From Saprospiraceae bacterium (GTDB taxonomy: Bacteria; Bacteroidota; Bacteroidia; Chitinophagales; Saprospiraceae), in assembly GCA_025055285.1 (NCBI GenBank), contig JANWXM010000014.1, positions 21,043 to 85,042 of the forward strand: a stretch of 64,000 nucleotides of DNA, read 5' to 3'. The position numbers and the translations under genes are program-made. How positions within the stretch are numbered: position 1 is the first letter of the stretch; each line of letters opens with the position of its first letter. This document shows positions 58,502 to 64,000 of this stretch, piece after piece. Below the pieces are notes generated by a model, which ran no database searches, had not been told where the DNA came from, and was given only the letters and a program-made list of their open reading frames with translations.

Positions 58502-59731
58502 CTATTCGCGGTTTGTCCGTTGCCATGTATTATCTCGAATTCCACGGAGCCACCTAAAAAAGCCCGCAAGAAGAGCCGCATTCATGGCTAGAAAATAAGC
58601 GATGTTTTGCAAGAGACGACTAGAGGGTAACGATAAACGTTCGTGCAAGAGATACCAGGCAAAAGAAAGCACTGCTCCACCTGCCATAATTCCGAACAAT
58701 ACTCGATAAAAGGCATCAAAAAAGGCTAGGTAGGCAGCTGATAAAAACATGAAAGCGAGGAAAAAGCCGCCAAACCAGCGCAACACTTTGTGTGAAAAAA
58801 AGCTAAAGCCAAGCCGCGTTGCTGGCGGCGCTATCCAGCGCCAGAAGCGGAACAGGTTTTGAAAATTCCCTGCAGCAATGCGTTTCTTGCGCTGGTACTC
58901 GTCAGTCATCCGATGAGTAGCTGCTTCGTAGCATATGGCGTCTAGGTCATTAATGGCCCAATAACCGCGCTCCAGCGCCCGAAAGGCCAGCCAGAAATCG
59001 TCTACCAGAGACCGCGGAGGGATAGGCTCGAACAGGCGAGCTCGTAGCGCATAGCAACCACCAAAGGGGCCCATCATTTGCCTCCAAGCAAGGCTTTCCC
59101 AATGTTTCAAGCGTGCCTCAGCACTTAAGTATTGATACTCACTTCGGCTTATGCCCTTGGTTCGCAAACCTTTAGGGAGGATATGGGTATCCACCAAACC
59201 GATGCGCTCATCCTTGAAGTGGCGCGCTAGTCGATAAAGCGTTTGCGGTTCGAGTATTACGCTGGCATCGGTGAGTACGAAGAGATGTTCAGGGCTAGAC
59301 TGACCAGTATAGAGGCGTTCAAAATCTGCTTGCGCCCGCGCTGCTAAGTCGTTTATAACAGGTGGTTTACCGCGTCGTTTGCGAAATACGGAGAAATGAG
59401 CGTGAAGAAGCGGAAAATGCCTATCGAAGGCATGGGCTACTAGGTCATTCGTGCGGTCTGTGGAACCATCAGAACCTACATAAATGCGCAATTTTTCAGC
59501 AGGATAATCCTGTTGAGTGAGGCTATAGAGTTTTTCTCCGATGACCCGCTCTTCGTTGTATGCGGCCATAAGTACCGATATAACGGGAAGCGCAGGGTCG
59601 TCTTGAGCATACTGGTCATGAGTATACTGCTTTTTGCGAGCTAACACCCACATTAGAAGAGGATATAAAAAATAGGTGTACAGCAGCGCTGCTGCACTTC
59701 CCCAGAAAACAATTTGCATCATTTGCTGCAT
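58502..59731 (-). CDS. GT2 family glycosyltransferase with flanking TM helices (processive synthase-like)
   Basis: [23 protein letters not shown] and a QRKKRIAAG (QxxRW-like) region, with an N-terminal TM helix and C-terminal TM helices. Confidence 0.8.
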   Translation of the reverse strand: MQQMMQIVFWGSAAALLYTYFLYPLLMWVLARKKQYTHDQYAQDDPALPVISVLMAAYNEERVIGEKLYSLTQQDYPAEKLRIYVGSDGSTDRTNDLVAHAFDRHFPLLHAHFSVFRKRRGKPPVINDLAARAQADFERLYTGQSSPEHLFVLTDASVILEPQTLYRLARHFKDERIGLVDTHILPKGLRTKGISRSEYQYLSAEARLKHWESLAWRQMMGPFGGCYALRARLFEPIPPRSLVDDFWLAFRALERGYWAINDLDAICYEAATHRMTDEYQRKKRIAAGNFQNLFRFWRWIAPPATRLGFSFFSHKVLRWFGGFFLAFMFLSAAYLAFFDAFYRVLFGIMAGGAVLSFAWYLLHERLSLPSSRLLQNIAYFLAMNAALLAGFFRWLRGIRDNTWQRTNRE

Positions 59732-59822
59732 GACGGCAAAGGTAGAACACCAGCGAATTGCACCGCAGCCGATCTCGAGCGATTTGAAAGCTCCAGCTCT
59801 CCTAAGAGACTAGACGGGCACC

Positions 59823-61166
59823 CTATTGTGAGCATATTTCTTCTTCCTCCGTGAAACGCACACCCATGCGTTCTAGTTCTCTTAAAAGTGGTTCATAAAC
59901 CTCTGGATGCGTGGGGGTGCTTACTCCTGGCGGAGCCGCTGCGCCCAACAGCAGTTTTCGGGCAAATATGCCAGCTGGCCAACCTACTAAGCGCGCCATA
60001 GCTGTGTGCGTACGATCGTCGCCTTTGGCTACCAAAGTGGCAGTCAAACGGCGATGCTGTCCTTGAAAGTCGTACTCAAATAGATGTTGCATGATAATCA
60101 TATCGCGGTCGTGCGGGTGCATGGCCCACTTTTCTAAGAGCAGTTGCTCTAAGGCCAAAGCAGGTGAAGCACTCTCTATTCCGATAGGTCGTTCTTCGAA
60201 AAGGCCTAGCCACTCCAATTGACGCATGACCGGACCTTCCAGTTCAAGGTTGAGCAATCTTGCCACAGCTTTTCGCAGCCCGCCTTCAGAGGCATTTTGG
60301 CCTAAGAGGGCCTCGACAAGTCCGGCATACGTCATCTCCTTGCTGTTTGGAATGGTGAAATTCGCCTCCGTAAGGCCTAATTGAACGATAGCATGCCATG
60401 CGTCACAAAAACCGCGATGGCGAATCGTGCCGCGAAAGAGTGTCTTTGCTTGTTGAAGACCATAAATTTCCCGATATTTTAACGAGTCGCGATTGGCATA
60501 CACCTCCCAAGCGCCTAGGCCAGGTACGTGGATTAGCCGATATTGGCTAAACAGGCGGTGATAGGGAACAAGTTTCAGGCGTCCATCCTCCAGGTACTGC
60601 GCCATACCCTGGCCGGCCAACACTACGTTGCGCGGATTCCAACTGAATTTGTAGTGCCAAGGGTTGTCATCACTCTCTGGAGCTACCAGTCCTCCCGTCG
60701 CGGAGTAAAAAGCCACAATTCGACCACCCCGCTGCTGAATGTGTCGAATGCGCTGTATAGCGCTCATGTGGTCAAGACCAGGATCGAGACCCAACTCGTT
60801 CATAAACACCAGCCCTCGGGCGCGCGCCTCTCCATCAAGGGCACGCAGCTCCTCCGAAATATAACTGGCTGTCACAAGATGCCTGTTCAAGCTCAAACAG
60901 TCGCGGGCAACTTCAACATGTAAGGTCGGCGGCAGCAACGACACCACCACGTCGCACGCCTCGATAAGCGCACGCCGCCGAGGCACATCTGCGACGTCTA
61001 ACCCTACTCCTTGCCCACGCCAATGGCCACCCACCTTCTGGTGTGCTAAGTCTGGCTGTGCATCGGCTACTATTACGCCGTAGTCGTCTTCCGATGCATG
61101 TTGCAGCAAGTAATCAATTAACGCTGTAGCTGAACGACCAGCGCCTAGAACAAGTATTTTCTTCAC
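59823..61166 (-). CDS. Saccharopine dehydrogenase family NAD(P)-binding protein
   Basis: MKKILVLGAGRSATALIDYL Rossmann motif and a 447-aa length typical of the family. Confidence 0.85.
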   Translation of the reverse strand: MKKILVLGAGRSATALIDYLLQHASEDDYGVIVADAQPDLAHQKVGGHWRGQGVGLDVADVPRRRALIEACDVVVSLLPPTLHVEVARDCLSLNRHLVTASYISEELRALDGEARARGLVFMNELGLDPGLDHMSAIQRIRHIQQRGGRIVAFYSATGGLVAPESDDNPWHYKFSWNPRNVVLAGQGMAQYLEDGRLKLVPYHRLFSQYRLIHVPGLGAWEVYANRDSLKYREIYGLQQAKTLFRGTIRHRGFCDAWHAIVQLGLTEANFTIPNSKEMTYAGLVEALLGQNASEGGLRKAVARLLNLELEGPVMRQLEWLGLFEERPIGIESASPALALEQLLLEKWAMHPHDRDMIIMQHLFEYDFQGQHRRLTATLVAKGDDRTHTAMARLVGWPAGIFARKLLLGAAAPPGVSTPTHPEVYEPLLRELERMGVRFTEEEEICSQ

Positions 61167-61572
61167 TCGTGTTCAAACAATTGAGCGGCAAAAGTAGCAT
61201 GCGCCTTTAACTCCAGTAGGTTAAGTGGGAAAAATTCAGGTCTAATTTAGGGGAGCCCTTCGCGGAAAGATTTAGCATTTGCTTACAGGTGATAAAAATT
61301 TGCTCCTGTGCTACACACGAACAGTATAGGGCGTCTTATTGGCGTTGAAGCACCGCGCTTCTGTTGGACAATGGCGAAACGTTCAATACCCTTGCTGTAG
61401 CGAACCGAGGCAACCCAAAGAAAGCGACCTTCCGCCTTGTCTTGTCTGCGCAAGGGCTATTACCTTTGTCGTATCAGAGTTTTTTCTATTTACAAAAACT
61501 TTGGCGTAACGTGTTGTTTTTGAGTTATTTCTCTCTCTTGCTTCACTTTTAGAAAGATTGCGCAGCGATAGC

Positions 61573-62055
61573 ATGCAGACCTCGCACAAACACCAACCTT
61601 TGCGGAAAGGAGGAATTGCTCAGGCATACAAGGCATTAGAGCGATACTGCGCTCGCAGGGAGCGCGCACCCTCCGAAGTACGGCGCCAAATTGCTCAATG
61701 GGAACTATCCGAAACGGAGGCTCGTGCTCTCTGGGAGCACTTACGCCGAGAGCGCTTCGTTGATGAACAGCGCTATGCTCGAGCTTTTGCAGCCGACAAG
61801 TTGCGCCTCGAGGGATGGGGGCGCTTGCGCATCCGACAGGCACTTCGCCAGAAGGGTATTGCGCCTCACATCATAGAACAGACGTTAAGTGCACTTGACC
61901 CTGAAGAGTACATGACTGTCTTGCATCGAGTGGCACAACAAAAACGCCGGCAATATGCTAACCACCCTCATGCCCGTCAAAAAGTGCAAGCAGCTCTCCT
62001 ACGCGCGGGATTTGAACCCGAATTCATCGAGATGCTTGACAAATCAGAAACCTGA
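61573..62055 (+). CDS. recX: Recombination regulator RecX
   Basis: Three-helix repeat pattern (A..YCARRERAPSEVRRQI ... RFVDEQRYARAFA ... GWGRLRIRQALRQKGI). The ATG at 61573 is preferred over the TTG at 61558. Confidence 0.8.
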   Translation: MQTSHKHQPLRKGGIAQAYKALERYCARRERAPSEVRRQIAQWELSETEARALWEHLRRERFVDEQRYARAFAADKLRLEGWGRLRIRQALRQKGIAPHIIEQTLSALDPEEYMTVLHRVAQQKRRQYANHPHARQKVQAALLRAGFEPEFIEMLDKSET

Positions 62056-62154
62056 TTTTTGAATAAAAATGTAACTCGCAATACGCTCCCAATCGTCATT
62101 CATTGCTTATTTTTCGGCTGTATTTAACCGCTGAGGACTCAAACTTACATCGTC

Positions 62155-62382
62155 ATGAAAAAGACAAAACTTTCCTTGCAAGAGCTGCAAATACAAAGCT
62201 TCGCTACAGTACTCGATGCAGAACGAATGAGGCAAATTAAGGGAGGTCGCTATGAGGTTCGCGGGCGGCGTTTTACTTATCGCACGCGCTGGACGTCGGT
62301 AGACACGCGCTCCGATGAATTGGGAGGAACGACTACGCCGCTTAGCCATAACCCTAGCGAACATACTGCGTTTGGAGGCTAA
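62155..62382 (+). CDS. Small peptide with Bacteroidota-type double-glycine leader (candidate RiPP/bacteriocin precursor)
   Basis: The 31-aa leader MKKTKLSLQELQIQSFATVLDAERMRQIKGG is followed by a 44-aa Cys-free, Arg/Thr-rich core ending in GG. The alternative antisense ORF 62107-62406 has no recognisable features. Confidence 0.5.
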   Translation: MKKTKLSLQELQIQSFATVLDAERMRQIKGGRYEVRGRRFTYRTRWTSVDTRSDELGGTTTPLSHNPSEHTAFGG

Positions 62383-63920
62383 GAAGCAGCACCCTGACGG
62401 CGCCATTTATCTCGAACTACGGAAGCAAAGGAGCGATTCTCTAGTTTGGCCTCTATCCAGGCCTCAAGGTCAAAGGTTTGTAGGAGGGCTTGCGTTTCTG
62501 AGTGGGAAAGAAGGCAACGGATGCTGTGTTGCAATTTTTGAAAAATAATCCTTTGGGCAGCAGGATCCGGAGCACTTAGGAGTTCACTCATGCTATGCAG
62601 GAAGCTTTTCTCCAAAGCGTAAAGTCGTTTCTTTCGGCGCAAGAGTTGAGCCGTTGAACGAAGCAAAGACTCGAGAAGAAGTGTATTCCCCATTTCGAAA
62701 TGAAGAATCATGGCCAGAATACGCCCTAAGCTTTGTAGGTCTTCGCGCTCAAGGGTACGAGGCTGATTATTCCAAGCATTCAAGTAGGTTAATGCACGGT
62801 CGTAATCTGCACAACCGAAGCAGATGTAACAGTATTGAAAGTAGAAGCTCGCTGTTTCATACTCGTGAGGCGCAAAGCAAATTGCCTCCTGCTGGCAGCG
62901 CTCCATTTCTCGACGAGCTTCTTCAAAGGCACCTGTAAAGATGCAGAGTGCAAATTTATTGGTATAGTACTGGCGGTGGATTTTAAGGGCATCGTCTCGA
63001 GTTAGTGGATTGATTTTTCTTAGTTTATTCAAAATTCTCTCCGCCTCGCCATATCGGCCGGTTAAGCCACAAGAGAGAATGCTGTTGCTCAGTGCAGCGA
63101 TATAGTCGGCTTGGTTTTCGCGCAGAAAATGCGGCTTACTTTCCAGGAGGGCAACGAGGGCTTTCCCGCTCTCGTAGAAAGCCTCGCGTTCGCCTGCAGC
63201 GTAATGACACAAATTGAGTGTTCGATAAAAAAGTACTCGAGCCGTATGCGAACGGGTGCGACCCGGCGTCTGCAGTAAACTGTGCTGACGCAACGCCTGC
63301 AATTGTTGCTGACCCGCAGGAGAATGCAAAAGCGCCTCTCGCTTTACTAGAAGATATGCCTGCAAAAAAAGATTGCGGTACTCAAGCACCTCCATTAGCT
63401 GTTCGGCAATCTCGCGCTCTCGGGCTAGCAAAGCATTCAGATGCTTATGGAGGAGGTCTACGTCCATTCGCGCATAGGCCAAGTGTTTCTGCCAACGAAT
63501 TATCTCGAGCAAGTGAGCGAAAGACTCGTACTGCAGCGCCAGCCGCTCCGCTTTGCTCAAGCAGTCTTCACAAGCGTCGTAAAGACCGCGTCGGTACAGC
63601 ACAACTGTGCTCTGCAGGAGGTGATTGAGCCGAAATTCAGCCCTGCAACTTTCATCATATGCCTGCAAGCTCTTGAGTATCAAGTCAAAAAGATAAGCCT
63701 TCAACTCTGGATATTTTTGGCTACCCTGGCCGTTGTCGGGATATATTTCTGAGCGTAAGGCTTCGTCATCAAAATGGTTGGAGCGCGCGATAGCCTCGAA
63801 CAGCTGCATGTACTTGCTGGGTGTCTGCATGCGCCCAACAAATATCCGAAAATACCGCTTTTCAGCAGGTGTTAGGCTCTTAACGAGCCGGTACAATTTA
63901 TCAGAAGGTGGCTTGGACAT
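62379..63920 (-). CDS. Conserved hypothetical all-helical protein
   Basis: 513-aa ORF. The N-terminal LYRLVKSLTPAEKRYFRIF motif resembles a widespread uncharacterised Bacteroidota protein family. The remainder is TPR-like and helical. Confidence 0.6.
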   Translation of the reverse strand: MSKPPSDKLYRLVKSLTPAEKRYFRIFVGRMQTPSKYMQLFEAIARSNHFDDEALRSEIYPDNGQGSQKYPELKAYLFDLILKSLQAYDESCRAEFRLNHLLQSTVVLYRRGLYDACEDCLSKAERLALQYESFAHLLEIIRWQKHLAYARMDVDLLHKHLNALLAREREIAEQLMEVLEYRNLFLQAYLLVKREALLHSPAGQQQLQALRQHSLLQTPGRTRSHTARVLFYRTLNLCHYAAGEREAFYESGKALVALLESKPHFLRENQADYIAALSNSILSCGLTGRYGEAERILNKLRKINPLTRDDALKIHRQYYTNKFALCIFTGAFEEARREMERCQQEAICFAPHEYETASFYFQYCYICFGCADYDRALTYLNAWNNQPRTLEREDLQSLGRILAMILHFEMGNTLLLESLLRSTAQLLRRKKRLYALEKSFLHSMSELLSAPDPAAQRIIFQKLQHSIRCLLSHSETQALLQTFDLEAWIEAKLENRSFASVVRDKWRRQGAAS

Positions 63921-64000
63921 AACATTATTTTCGGCGGAAAATTTAGCAAATTTCAGAAACCTGACTTATACCCACAACTGAGTTTGTTCAAAGGACGCGC

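Noticed and set aside
61380-61470. Long-range stem (cccttgc ... gcaaggg) in the 390-bp spacer upstream of recX, considered as an SRP RNA or a riboswitch.
   Set aside because: The SRP domain IV consensus (GGUCCGGAAGGAAGCAGC-like) is lacking, and I cannot match any riboswitch core. It is noted only as a possible structured leader.
1-64000. Scan for CRISPR arrays, tRNA T-arm motifs (GGTTCGAATCC-like on either strand) and rRNA.
   Set aside because: No regularly spaced direct repeats, no convincing tRNA cloverleaf signatures and no rRNA-like stretches were seen by eye. A tRNAscan or Infernal run would be needed to be certain.

Overview
This is a chromosomal segment from a Bacteroidota-type genome, roughly 50% G+C by eye. 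The phylum call rests on type IX secretion (T9SS) hallmarks: two PorP/SprF paralogs, a PorT-like barrel, two cargo proteins with type A C-terminal sorting domains, a GWxTD protein and a bactofilin-AtpZ module. I can support about 45 protein genes. Most are housekeeping: hppA, tgt, accC, lpxH, folE, tsaC/sua5, cmk, dnaG, ubiE/menG, ribBA and recX, plus a fused E1 2-oxoacid dehydrogenase and a class II HMG-CoA reductase. I found no rRNA, tRNA or CRISPR array. The parts worth a second look are listed here. (1) A visibly A+T-richer heparinase II/III-like T9SS cargo gene is bracketed by two direct, decayed copies of one IS-like element, and one copy carries a ~474 bp internal deletion. (2) A 75-aa ORF just downstream of recX has a Bacteroidota-style double-glycine leader (candidate RiPP/bacteriocin precursor) and no processing genes in the window. 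(3) Two tandem, diverged OmpA-family paralogs share an unassigned N-terminal domain. (4) A 1845-aa T9SS surface protein combines dockerin-like and cohesin-like modules. (5) An ArnC/GtrB-like plus GT-C membrane glycosyltransferase neighbourhood sits with a TPR-thioredoxin, a methyltransferase and an orphan PorP/SprF. (6) A bactofilin-AtpZ-small membrane protein module lacks the ATP synthase genes that usually follow it, and is instead followed by a ~680 bp ORF-poor gap and hppA. All protein calls come from motif recognition by eye on the supplied ORF translations. No database search was run.
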